From positions 25,858-89,857 of the forward strand of contig JAKJEM010000006.1 in NCBI GenBank assembly GCA_022705425.1: 64,000 bases of DNA, read 5' to 3'. This DNA comes from Planctomycetota bacterium. Its GTDB lineage: Bacteria > Planctomycetota > Brocadiia > CAIUPP01. Shown in pieces: positions 19,950 to 28,619 of this stretch. The notes below the pieces were generated by a model, which had not been told where the DNA came from, searched no databases, and saw only the letters and a list, made by a program, of their open reading frames with translations. The translations under genes were made by a program, and so were the position numbers. Within the stretch, counting starts at the first letter, position 1, and the number at the start of each line of letters is the position of its first letter.

Positions 19950-21014
19950 CTACCGCGTCACCGTCACCTTGTTGAGGCCGCGGGGGCGGTCGGGGTCGAG
20001 CCCCTTCATCACGGACAAGGCACAGGCGAGAATCTGGCCCACGACGACGGCGGGAAAGGGGGAGACCTCCTCGGGCAGTTCTTCGTCGAGGGCGATGGGA
20101 AAGGCGATGTCGGCGCTCTGGAGGGCTTCGGGGGCATTGCCGATGACGACGGTCTCGGCGCCGCGCGTGCGCGCGTTGGCCACGACGTCGAGGACGGACG
20201 CAAGGGCCGCCCCGCGGTTGGCAATGGCGATGACGGGATAGCCCTTCTCGATGATGGCGATGGGGCCGTGCATGAAATCGGGGGAGGCGAAGGACTGGGC
20301 GCGAACGTTGCAGGTTTCGCGGAACTTGAGGGCCAGTTCGAGTGCGGTTCCGAGGTTGAAGCCGCGCCCAAGGACGACGCACTCTTCGAGATATCGAAAG
20401 CGCTCGCACTTGCCGCGCAGGCGGGGTTCGTCGCGCAGAACGCCGCGCAGGACGTCGGGGACGCGACGGAGGGATTCGATCAACTCCTCGCGTCCGTCCA
20501 GCGCAGCGGAAAGGACTCCGAGGGCGGCGAGGGAGGTGGTGAAGGTCTTCGTGGCGGCCACGGAGCGTTCGGGCCCGGCATGGAGAAGGATGGTTTCCTG
20601 GGCGGCGGCGGCCAGGGGGGAATCGGCGGCGTTGGTGATCGCCAGGGTATCCGCGCCGCCGCGCCGGGCCTGTTCGAGGACGGCAATGACATCGGCGGCC
20701 TGACCGGACTGCGAGATGCCGATGAAGAGCGCGCCTTCGACGTGGACGTCGGCGCGGTAAACGGTGGCGATGGACGGGGCGGCCATTCCGACCGGGATGC
20801 CGTTACGCACCTCGAAGAGGTACTTGCCGTAGAGGGCGGCGTGGTCGGAGGTGCCGCGGGCGGCGATGAAGATGAAGCGCGGGGGCTTGCGACGCCATCG
20901 GTCGGCGAGGGTCCGGGCGCGGTCGGATTCGGTCTTCAGGAAACGTTCGACGACCTCCGGCTGTTCCCGGATTTCGGACGTCATCAGGGCGCCGGGCAGG
21001 TTTTCGGCCATCAT
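19950..21014 (-). CDS. SIS-domain sugar-phosphate isomerase/aminotransferase-like protein (GlmS C-terminal/AgaS-like, two SIS domains)
   Basis: FIAARGTSDHAALYGKYL and LFIGISQSGQAADV (SIS phosphosugar-binding) plus a second SIS half. Confidence 0.7.
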   Translation of the reverse strand: MMAENLPGALMTSEIREQPEVVERFLKTESDRARTLADRWRRKPPRFIFIAARGTSDHAALYGKYLFEVRNGIPVGMAAPSIATVYRADVHVEGALFIGISQSGQAADVIAVLEQARRGGADTLAITNAADSPLAAAAQETILLHAGPERSVAATKTFTTSLAALGVLSAALDGREELIESLRRVPDVLRGVLRDEPRLRGKCERFRYLEECVVLGRGFNLGTALELALKFRETCNVRAQSFASPDFMHGPIAIIEKGYPVIAIANRGAALASVLDVVANARTRGAETVVIGNAPEALQSADIAFPIALDEELPEEVSPFPAVVVGQILACALSVMKGLDPDRPRGLNKVTVTR

Positions 21015-21069
21015 GCAGACTCCATCTCCAGGTCAGGACAGCCCGCGCGGGCGCGGGGCGCGGGACTTT

Positions 21070-22257
21070 CTATTCTTCAACGTCCTTGCTGAAGTACTCG
21101 ATCAGCTTCTTCGGGAGCGGGGGGATATCGGCAGGCTTTCCGCCGTGGCGCAGGGACCAGGCGGCCATGCACCCGGCAGCGACGCTGTTTCGCGCCGCGA
21201 TCGGCGAGGTGTATATCTTGCGCCCGAAGCGAACATAATCCACGAAGGCCTGGACGATGCCCGGGTCGGCGCCGCCGTGTCCGCCACGGACCTCGGGGAT
21301 GAAGTACTGCTCGTGGCCGTAGGGGTTGTACGCCACGCGCTTGTTCCAGAGGCGCACGACGCAGTGGCCGGGGTGGTCGCCGAAGTTCTCGATGCGTCCC
21401 TCGGTTCCGATGATGGTGTAGTTGCGCCAGCCGTCGGGCGTGTAGTGGCACTGCTGGTAGGAGCAGAGGACGCCGTTGTCGAGTTCCATGAGCATCATGC
21501 TGAGGTCCTCGACGTCAATGACGGGGTTGAGGCCCTTCTGGGAGAGGGGCGGCCAGTTGTCGAGGCTCCAGCCGGCGTCGCCGCGTTCCTCGGGGGGATG
21601 GCGGTCGGTGATTCGGTTGTAAACGGAGAGGTTTCCCATGGCTGTCACACGGGTCGTGTAGCCGCCCATCAGCCAGTGCAGGATATCGATGTCGTGCGCG
21701 GCTTTCTGGAGCAGGAGGCCGGTGGACTTGGCGCGTTCGGCGTGCCAGTCCTTGAAGTAGGCATCGCCGCCGTAGGCGACGAAGTGTCGGCACCAACCGG
21801 CGCGCACCTCGCCGATGGCGCCCTTGCGGATGAGTTCGCGCATCTTCTGGATGAGGTTCATGTAGCGCATGTTGTGGCCGAGCATGAGGCGGCGTTTCAG
21901 CCGGCAGGCCGTTTCGAGGATGCGGTCGCAGCCCTCGACGGTGATCGCCATGGGTTTTTCGAGGTACACGTGCTTGCCGGCCTCGAGCGCGGCAAGGGCA
22001 TGCTCCTCGTGGAGGAAGTCGGGGGAGGTGACGAAGACGGCGGCGATATCGTCGCGCTTGAGCAACTCGCGGTAGTCGCTGGTGACGAAGACGTCGGGGC
22101 CGAAGCGTTCGCGGAAGCGCGCGAAGGCCTTGGGGTTGACGTCGGCGCCGGCGACAACGCGGACGCCGGACTCGGGCTTGTGGGCGTGAAGGGCCAGTCC
22201 GCCTCGTCCGCCCGCGCCGATGACGCCGATGTTGAGATCGCGCTTCGACTTGGCCAT
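21070..22257 (-). CDS. Gfo/Idh/MocA family oxidoreductase
   Basis: Start MAKSKRDLNIGVIGAGGRGG (ATG 22257, GGAG RBS). The long upstream in-frame extension lacks homology. EKPMA motif present. Confidence 0.75.
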   Translation of the reverse strand: MAKSKRDLNIGVIGAGGRGGLALHAHKPESGVRVVAGADVNPKAFARFRERFGPDVFVTSDYRELLKRDDIAAVFVTSPDFLHEEHALAALEAGKHVYLEKPMAITVEGCDRILETACRLKRRLMLGHNMRYMNLIQKMRELIRKGAIGEVRAGWCRHFVAYGGDAYFKDWHAERAKSTGLLLQKAAHDIDILHWLMGGYTTRVTAMGNLSVYNRITDRHPPEERGDAGWSLDNWPPLSQKGLNPVIDVEDLSMMLMELDNGVLCSYQQCHYTPDGWRNYTIIGTEGRIENFGDHPGHCVVRLWNKRVAYNPYGHEQYFIPEVRGGHGGADPGIVQAFVDYVRFGRKIYTSPIAARNSVAAGCMAAWSLRHGGKPADIPPLPKKLIEYFSKDVEE

Positions 22258-22469
22258 GCGTGAATATCTCCAAGGGCCGGACCCGCAGAAGAGGGGCCGG
22301 GCCGAAGACGGAAACCGAGATGGATTATAGGGGAGAGGCGGAGGAAGCACAACCGCAGCGGAGGGCGCATGTCTTGCCTGCGGTTTTGCGCTGTGTGCGG
22401 AATTGGATACACTGGATGCACGGCGGCACAGGACAGTCCGGCGATCGCCGGCGTTGAGAACGGTTGACC

Positions 22470-23672
22470 ATGCATACGGTCTGGCTTCGATACATCGGGC
22501 TGTGCATTGTGCTGCACCTCTACTTGGTGCATGCGCTGCGGCTGGCCTACCCCGGCGTGGAGGAGCTGGCGTGGGGGGTGATGGGTCCGTGCGCAATCAT
22601 GCTGGCGCTGCCCTTCGTGGCGCGGCGGCTGGAGGACGCGGGGCACTATCACGAGGCGCGCGGGGTGGCGGCGGTGAATGCGCCGTACATGGTCATGCTG
22701 ACGTGGTTCTGCGCGCTGGCGCTGGGGATGGAGGGCTGGAACCTGGCGCTGGGGCGGTGGGGCGGCGAGGGCGGATTGCGGTGGGCGCTGCCCCCCGGGC
22801 GTACGCTGGGGGTGATTGCGCTGCTGGTCTGCGTGGCCGCGCTGTGGAGCGTTTACGAAGCCGGACGGGTGAAGCTGAAGCGCGTGACCTTTCACTCGGT
22901 GCGCGTGCGGCGCACGGTGCGCATCCTGCAGATTTCGGACCTGCATCTGGGGCTGCTGACGCGACGGCGGGCGCTGCGGCGCGTGCTGCGGCTGATGGAA
23001 TCTTCGCACGCGGACCTGATCGTCAGTACCGGGGATCTGGTGGACGGGGCGCTGGAGCATCTGGAGCCGCTGGCGGCGGAGATGGCGCGCATCCGTCCCC
23101 GGCTGGGCAAGTTCGCCGTCCTGGGGAACCATGAGTTCTACGCGGGGATTGTGGACAGCCTGAGGTTTCTGGAGGCGTCCGGTTTCCGGGTGATCCGCGG
23201 CGAGTGTGTGCGGCTGCCCGAGGGGCTGCGGCTGGTGGGAGTGGACGACCCCACGGGACATCGCTTCGATGGGGCTTCGAGGAGCGACGAGAGCGCGGCG
23301 CTGCCGCCGCGCTCGCGCCGGCAGGTGACGATCCTGCTGAAACATCGCCCGACGATCAACGAGTCGGCGGTGGGGCGCTTCGACCTCCAGTTGTCGGGTC
23401 ACACGCACGGGGGACAGATCTCGACCGACAAGCTGGTGAACGTGGCCTATCCGCTGCGTACGGGCTTGCGGCACATTGACGAGGAGACGGCGAGTTACGT
23501 CAGCCGGGGTTCGGGAACGTGGGGCGCGCCGATGCGGCTCTTCTCGCCGCCGGAGGTGACGCTGATCCTGCTGGAACCGGGCAGTCGCCGCCCGCTGAGG
23601 CTTCGGCGGCGCTGGGTGGCGCGAGGCGGTCTGATCCGCCGGCTCAGGGCGCGGATGCAGCGGCGAAGGTGA
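22470..23672 (+). CDS. Membrane-anchored metallophosphoesterase (calcineurin-like, YkuE-type)
   Basis: N-terminal TM helices, then ILQISDLHLG, GDLVDG, GNHEF, GHTHGGQ. The 3' end overlaps the convergent gene by 29 nt. Confidence 0.75.
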   Translation: MHTVWLRYIGLCIVLHLYLVHALRLAYPGVEELAWGVMGPCAIMLALPFVARRLEDAGHYHEARGVAAVNAPYMVMLTWFCALALGMEGWNLALGRWGGEGGLRWALPPGRTLGVIALLVCVAALWSVYEAGRVKLKRVTFHSVRVRRTVRILQISDLHLGLLTRRRALRRVLRLMESSHADLIVSTGDLVDGALEHLEPLAAEMARIRPRLGKFAVLGNHEFYAGIVDSLRFLEASGFRVIRGECVRLPEGLRLVGVDDPTGHRFDGASRSDESAALPPRSRRQVTILLKHRPTINESAVGRFDLQLSGHTHGGQISTDKLVNVAYPLRTGLRHIDEETASYVSRGSGTWGAPMRLFSPPEVTLILLEPGSRRPLRLRRRWVARGGLIRRLRARMQRRR

Positions 23673-25137
23673 AGGCGTGGAGGCGGGCGCGCAGCAGGCG
23701 GATGTGCAGCAGGAGGCCGCGCTCCGCAAGAGCGCCGACGTCGCGCTTCCCGCGCCAGGCGACCTCGCGCCAGAGGCAGTCGCCCTCGAGGGGATCGCAG
23801 TCGTCCACGGAGAAGCCTTCGACGGGGCCGTCACTCGATTCAAGGCCGATCCGGATGCCGCCTCCAAGGCGCGCCCAGGAGTTCACTCGCAGGCGGTTGC
23901 CGGTCCAGGTAACGGGATAGGTCCAGCACTCCCCTGCCGCGTCGGCACAGAGGGACATGAAGCCGTCGGGGCGGATGGTCGCCAGCCAGGGGCCCTGGCG
24001 GCGGTGAAGATGGTCGTCGTCGGGGGGGACGTAGTTGTGGGTGTAGTACACAACGCCGATGGGGATGGCCCACAGCGTGGCGGCATCGTGATTGGGGGCA
24101 AGGCCGCGCTCGGTGAGGGCGGCAATACCGTGCCCCGCGTACATCCCCCCTTCCCAGGGCGCGCCGGGTTCTCCGGCGGGGAGGATGGGGGTCTTCGCGG
24201 GGCGCGACCAGTGCCAGGCGTCGCGACTGACGGCGAGGTGGACTTCGACGACGTCGCTTGCGCGGCAGTAGAAGGAGGGGAACATGAGGTGCGCGTCGGC
24301 AGCGCCGGGCCACTGGACGTAGGCGTTGGCGTAGATATCCCAATCGGGGGGATCGTCGGGACCGGGGGAAAGGACCGGTTCGGGACTGGGCCAGACGCGG
24401 AAGTCTTTGGTCACTGCGCCGTCCACGGCGCGACGGCCGTGGAAGCCCTTGCCCAGACGTCCGTGAGTGGGGAAGATGCCCCGGACGAAGGCGCGGTAGA
24501 GGCGTGCCTCGGCGTCCCAGGCGATGATGTTCTGCGTATCGGAGGTGTGCTGCATGAGCGGCTTTTCAAGGGGACGCCAGCGAAGGCCGTCGGGGGAGAC
24601 GGATGCCCACAGGCCGGGAAGGGTCTGTTCGCCGACGCGGATGGGGCCGCAATGGACGATCTTGTAGCGCTCCTCGGGGGGCGCGGAGGGGTCCTTGAAG
24701 ACGGCCGCGCCGTGCGCGGCGACGACGCCGGGGATTTCCTTGGAATAGACGATGTTGTTCTGGCGCGAGCCCTGCCACTCGATCAGGCCGAGGGGATCGC
24801 GCCGCCAGAGGCGGCCATCGTCCGACTCGGCGAGGCAGACGCGGGCGGAGAGGTCGCTGCGCCGGTCGTGGCAGGAGTGGGTCTCGTAGTACATGCGCAA
24901 CCGCCCCTGCTCCTGCACGAGGGTGGTGTAGCAGGCATTGATGAAGCGGTCCTCCCAGGGTCGGTCGGCATAGAAGGAGGGCGCGGGCATCAGCACGGGC
25001 GGGTGAACGGCCAGGCGGACGCCCCTGGGCATGCGCCGCGGAGCGGCCTTGCCGTCCTTGAAGGACAGGCCGTATCCGGCGTCAATCAAGGTCCAGTCAA
25101 CGAAGACCTGCTTGCGGCCGCCCAGCGGAATCGGCAT
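23644..25137 (-). CDS. Glycoside-hydrolase-like five-bladed beta-propeller protein (GH43/32/130 superfamily-like); paralog of 44689-46113
   Basis: Start MPIPLGG (AGGAG RBS). Shares N-terminal VDWTLID...ADRPWED and many motifs with the 44689 gene. Confidence 0.55.
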   Translation of the reverse strand: MPIPLGGRKQVFVDWTLIDAGYGLSFKDGKAAPRRMPRGVRLAVHPPVLMPAPSFYADRPWEDRFINACYTTLVQEQGRLRMYYETHSCHDRRSDLSARVCLAESDDGRLWRRDPLGLIEWQGSRQNNIVYSKEIPGVVAAHGAAVFKDPSAPPEERYKIVHCGPIRVGEQTLPGLWASVSPDGLRWRPLEKPLMQHTSDTQNIIAWDAEARLYRAFVRGIFPTHGRLGKGFHGRRAVDGAVTKDFRVWPSPEPVLSPGPDDPPDWDIYANAYVQWPGAADAHLMFPSFYCRASDVVEVHLAVSRDAWHWSRPAKTPILPAGEPGAPWEGGMYAGHGIAALTERGLAPNHDAATLWAIPIGVVYYTHNYVPPDDDHLHRRQGPWLATIRPDGFMSLCADAAGECWTYPVTWTGNRLRVNSWARLGGGIRIGLESSDGPVEGFSVDDCDPLEGDCLWREVAWRGKRDVGALAERGLLLHIRLLRARLHAFTFAAASAP

Positions 25138-25181
25138 GGGGACGACTCCTGACGAAGGGAGACGGCGTGCGGCGCGAGGGG

Positions 25182-25940
25182 TCATTCGCCGAGAAGGAAC
25201 CAGGAGCAAAGGGCGATGGCGGCGGTCTCGACGCGAAGGATTCTCTTGCCGAGGGAAACGGGGTGGCAGCCGGAACGTCGGGCGAGGTCCATTTCCTCGG
25301 GGGTGAACCCCCCTTCCGGCCCGACGACGGCGACGACGGGCTGGTCCGGAGCGAGGCGGGCGGCGCACTCGCTCAGCGTGAGGGAATCGGCCCCGGGCGC
25401 CGCGACCAGGCGCAGGGCATCGGTTTCGGGCGCGCGAAGGGCGGCGTCATAGGGCAACGCGGGGGTGACCTCCATAAGGCGTGTGCGTCCGGACTGTTTG
25501 GCGGCCTCGATGACAATGCGCCGCCAGCGGGCGAGGTGATTCTCCTGCCGTCCGAGCGGGTCAACGACACTGCGGGCGGTGACCATCGGGGAGAGGCGCT
25601 TGAGCCCCAGTTCGCAGCACTTCTCGACGAGGGTATCCATGCGCGAGGCTCTGGGCAGGGCACAGAGCAGGGTCATACGGCGGCGAGGTTCGGTGTCGCG
25701 TTGTTCAAGGGACAGCACATGGAGTGTGGCTTCGCGGCGGCGGGATTCCACGAGGCGCGCGCGGGCCAGGCGACCGGAGCCGTCGAGGAGTTCGACCTCC
25801 TCCCCGAGGCGGACGTGAATGACGTTGAGGAGGTGGTGGGCCTCCTCGTCGCGCAGGATGAGACGCTGCCCGGCCTCGGCCAGGGCTTCGATGAAGAACC
25901 GGCGCAGGTGGTGGGCGATGGCTGTGGCTCCTGAGAACAG
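25182..25940 (-). CDS. rsmE: 16S rRNA (uracil1498-N3)-methyltransferase RsmE; start codon uncertain
   Basis: RsmE-like from HHLRRFFIEAL to the end (PUA-like plus SPOUT, GPEGGFTPEE). No ATG/GTG/TTG is in frame near the conserved N-terminus; AGGAG precedes an ATC/CTG region. The longer ORF to 26399 runs through an intergenic tandem repeat. Confidence 0.55.
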   Translation of the reverse strand: MFSGATAIAHHLRRFFIEALAEAGQRLILRDEEAHHLLNVIHVRLGEEVELLDGSGRLARARLVESRRREATLHVLSLEQRDTEPRRRMTLLCALPRASRMDTLVEKCCELGLKRLSPMVTARSVVDPLGRQENHLARWRRIVIEAAKQSGRTRLMEVTPALPYDAALRAPETDALRLVAAPGADSLTLSECAARLAPDQPVVAVVGPEGGFTPEEMDLARRSGCHPVSLGKRILRVETAAIALCSWFLLGE

Positions 25941-26127
25941 CGCGCGTGCCGCACGCGGGCGCGCCGACAGAATACCGCGTCGGAAAGGGGCGGTCAACCG
26001 GACGCCGCAGCGGACTTGCGCCACCCCCCTTCCGGGCACTACGATGCCCGGTGGCAGGCGGATGGTTGTGCGGAAGGGACGCGCTTCGCCGCGTCCGTGG
26101 TTGCAGCGCAGGAGTTCTCGCCTGCCG

Positions 26128-26162
26128 TCGTCTGTCGTCCATCGTCTGTCGTCCATCGTCCA
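26128..26162. repeat. Tandem repeat (TCGTCTGTCGTCCA)x2.5; member of a dispersed GAC/GTC-rich intergenic motif
   Basis: Direct 14-bp tandem. The core TCGTCTGTCGTC recurs, reverse-complemented, at 62065-62080, and a related copy sits at 46135-46150. Confidence 0.6.
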
Positions 26163-26187
26163 TCCCACGCAAAGCGCAGCCCGTGTC

Positions 26188-26772
26188 ATGTCCACGATAG
26201 CGTTCATCCTGAGCCACACCCCGCAGGCGGTGCTGATGGCGGGGCTTTTCGCGCTGGGCGGCGCGGCTGCCGGGGCGGCGCTGCGCTGGCGGATCGAGGC
26301 GCTGCTGGCCATGCCGCGGGTCTTTGCGCGAGCGCTGGGGCGGCTCTTCAATTCTCGCCTGGCGTGGCCGCTGCTGGCGCTGGCGATCTTCCTCTTCAAC
26401 GGCGCAGCGGTCTTTCTTTACATGCTGAGCGGGCTGATTCCCTGGGGAGTGCACGCCGTGGCCATCCTGACGGGGTTGAACGTGGTGGCGGGGGGCATCC
26501 TGGCACGGGAGATCGTTCCGACGCCGCCCGCGCCGCCGTCGCCCCTGGCGCAGTTCTGCGTGGGGGCAACGTTCCTCCTGGAACTCCCCTGCTTCTGGTA
26601 CAGTCTGGCGATGGGGGCGACGCTGGAGACGTCGGGGACGGCGGGGCTTGGGGCGCGGATCGAGGCATACCTGGCGGTGGTGTTGCCGTTGCTGGCCCTT
26701 TCGGCGCTGGCGGAGGGTTACGCCGTGAGCCGGGCGCTTCCGCCGCGCGACGTGAACGGCACGCCGCCCTGA
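26188..26772 (+). CDS. Integral membrane protein (4-5 TM helices), hypothetical
   Basis: Hydrophobic helices MAGLFALGGAAAGAAL, WPLLALAIFLFNGAAVFLYMLSGLI, etc. Confidence 0.5.
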   Translation: MSTIAFILSHTPQAVLMAGLFALGGAAAGAALRWRIEALLAMPRVFARALGRLFNSRLAWPLLALAIFLFNGAAVFLYMLSGLIPWGVHAVAILTGLNVVAGGILAREIVPTPPAPPSPLAQFCVGATFLLELPCFWYSLAMGATLETSGTAGLGARIEAYLAVVLPLLALSALAEGYAVSRALPPRDVNGTPP

Positions 26773-26793
26773 CCGCGCGAAGGGGGCGCCGGA

Positions 26794-27588
26794 TCAGTCG
26801 CCGGGCTTTCGACGCCCGATGATGACGTGGGGACGTCCGGAGATGGGGTTGGGCTGCGTGAGGACGGAGGCGCTGTAGGTTCGGCGGATGGCGTCGGACG
26901 TCACGACGGACTCGGGCGCGCCCTCGGCGACGATCCGGCCCTCCTGCATCAGGTAGAGGCGGTCGCAGTATTCCGAGGCGAGGTTGAGGTCGTGCAGGAC
27001 GGCGAGGACGGTCAACCCTTCGCGTTCATTCAGGGAGCGGATGAGGTCGAGGGCCGCCAGCTGGTGTCCGAGGTCGAGATGGCTGGTCGGTTCATCGAGC
27101 AGGAGGAGTTCGGGCTGCTGGGCGAGGCACATGGCCAGGAAGGCGCGGCGTCGTTCGCCGCCGCTGATCTGAGTGATGGGGCGATCGGCGAGGCCGGCCA
27201 CGTCGGCGAGGGCGAGGGCTTGCTCGGCGGCCTGGCGGTCGGCGGTCGTCTCCCCCGCCAGCAGGCCCAGTCGCGCCGTTCGGCCCATCTGCGCCACCTC
27301 GCGCACGGTGAAGGGAAGGTCGAGGACGATGTCCTGCGCAAGGCAGGCCATGATACAGGCGCGCTCGCGCCAGGGGATCTCGCCCAGGGGCCGGTCCTTG
27401 AGCGTGACGCGTCCGGCCAGCGGGCGCTTGACGCCGGTGACGACGCGGAAGAGGGTGGTCTTGCCGCAGCCGTTGGGGCCGATGAGCCCCACGAACTCGC
27501 CGCGCCGGACGCGGAGGTCGGCGCCGTGCAGGACGGCGCGTTCGCCGTAGGCGGCGCGGACGCCTTCGACGCGGAGAAGGTCATCCAT
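26794..27588 (-). CDS. Iron-siderophore/cobalamin-type ABC transporter ATP-binding protein (BtuD/FepC-like)
   Basis: Walker A GPNGCGKTT, signature LSGGERRR, Walker B LLLLDEPTSHLD. Confidence 0.85.
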   Translation of the reverse strand: MDDLLRVEGVRAAYGERAVLHGADLRVRRGEFVGLIGPNGCGKTTLFRVVTGVKRPLAGRVTLKDRPLGEIPWRERACIMACLAQDIVLDLPFTVREVAQMGRTARLGLLAGETTADRQAAEQALALADVAGLADRPITQISGGERRRAFLAMCLAQQPELLLLDEPTSHLDLGHQLAALDLIRSLNEREGLTVLAVLHDLNLASEYCDRLYLMQEGRIVAEGAPESVVTSDAIRRTYSASVLTQPNPISGRPHVIIGRRKPGD

Positions 27589-28549
27589 GGGTCGTCCTCC
27601 GGCGCTTGAGGAGGTAGAGGAAGAAGGGGCCGCCGAGGAAGGCGGTGATGACGCCGACGGGGATGTCGCGCGGGGCGATGACGGAGCGTCCGAAGGCGTC
27701 GGCGAGGACCATGAAGGCGGCGCCGGCGAGGGCGGAGGCGGGCAGAAGGCGGCGATGGTCGGGCCCGACGATCAGGCGCATGGCGTGCGGGACGATGAGT
27801 CCGACGAAGCCGATGAGGCCGCAGGCGGAGACGACGGCGCCGGTGATGAGGGAGGCCAGGACGAAGAAGAAGAACTTGGCGCGCTCGACATTGAGGCCGA
27901 CGTGCGCGGCGGGTTCTTCGCCCAAGGTCATCACGTTGAGGTCGCGCGCGCGGAGGGCGGCCAGGAGTATGCCGGCGACGACGACGACGGCGACCAGTAC
28001 GAGAAGGGGGACGTCGAAGATTTGAAGGTTTCCCAGCAACCACCAGAGGACGTTGTGGACCTCCTCGGCCGTGGAGAGGGAGACGAGGAACATGAGGAGG
28101 CTTCCGAGAACGGCGCTGACGACGACGCCGGCGAGGAGAAGGGTATGGGTGGGTGCGCCTCCGCCGGGCGTGCGCGCGAGGCCGTAAACGAGGGCCATCG
28201 AGGCGGCGGCGCCCAGGAAGGCCGCCGCGGGGAGGGTCCAGGCGCCCCACACGCCGAGTCCGGCCAGGATGGCCGTCACGGCGCCCAGTCCGGCCCCGGA
28301 AGAAACGCCGAGGACGTAGGGATCGGCCAGCGGGTTTCGCAGGAGGGCTTGGAAGAGGACGCCGGCAACGGAGAGCCCGGCGCCGGCGACGAGACCGAGG
28401 AGGATGCGCGCGACGCGCAGGCGAATGATGCCGGACTCGGGCATTTCGGCGATGGGGACGCGCGCCGCGCCGAGGAATAGGGCCGCGAGGAAGGCCAGCA
28501 GGACCACGCCGATCAGCAGGGGGTAAAGGGCGAAGGGTCTCACGCGCAC
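27581..28549 (-). CDS. FecCD-family ABC transporter permease (BtuC-like)
   Basis: FecCD motifs (LGVSSGAGLGAV..., GLIGFVGLIVPH). GTG start about 28543-28549. 8-nt overlap with the ATPase gene. Confidence 0.8.
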   Translation of the reverse strand: MRVRPFALYPLLIGVVLLAFLAALFLGAARVPIAEMPESGIIRLRVARILLGLVAGAGLSVAGVLFQALLRNPLADPYVLGVSSGAGLGAVTAILAGLGVWGAWTLPAAAFLGAAASMALVYGLARTPGGGAPTHTLLLAGVVVSAVLGSLLMFLVSLSTAEEVHNVLWWLLGNLQIFDVPLLVLVAVVVVAGILLAALRARDLNVMTLGEEPAAHVGLNVERAKFFFFVLASLITGAVVSACGLIGFVGLIVPHAMRLIVGPDHRRLLPASALAGAAFMVLADAFGRSVIAPRDIPVGVITAFLGGPFFLYLLKRRRTTHG

Positions 28550-28619
28550 GGGCGCGCTCCCGGCACGCAGCGTGCGCGCACATCGGCGGGACGGCGGGGT
28601 GGCGCCGGACGGCGGGGGA

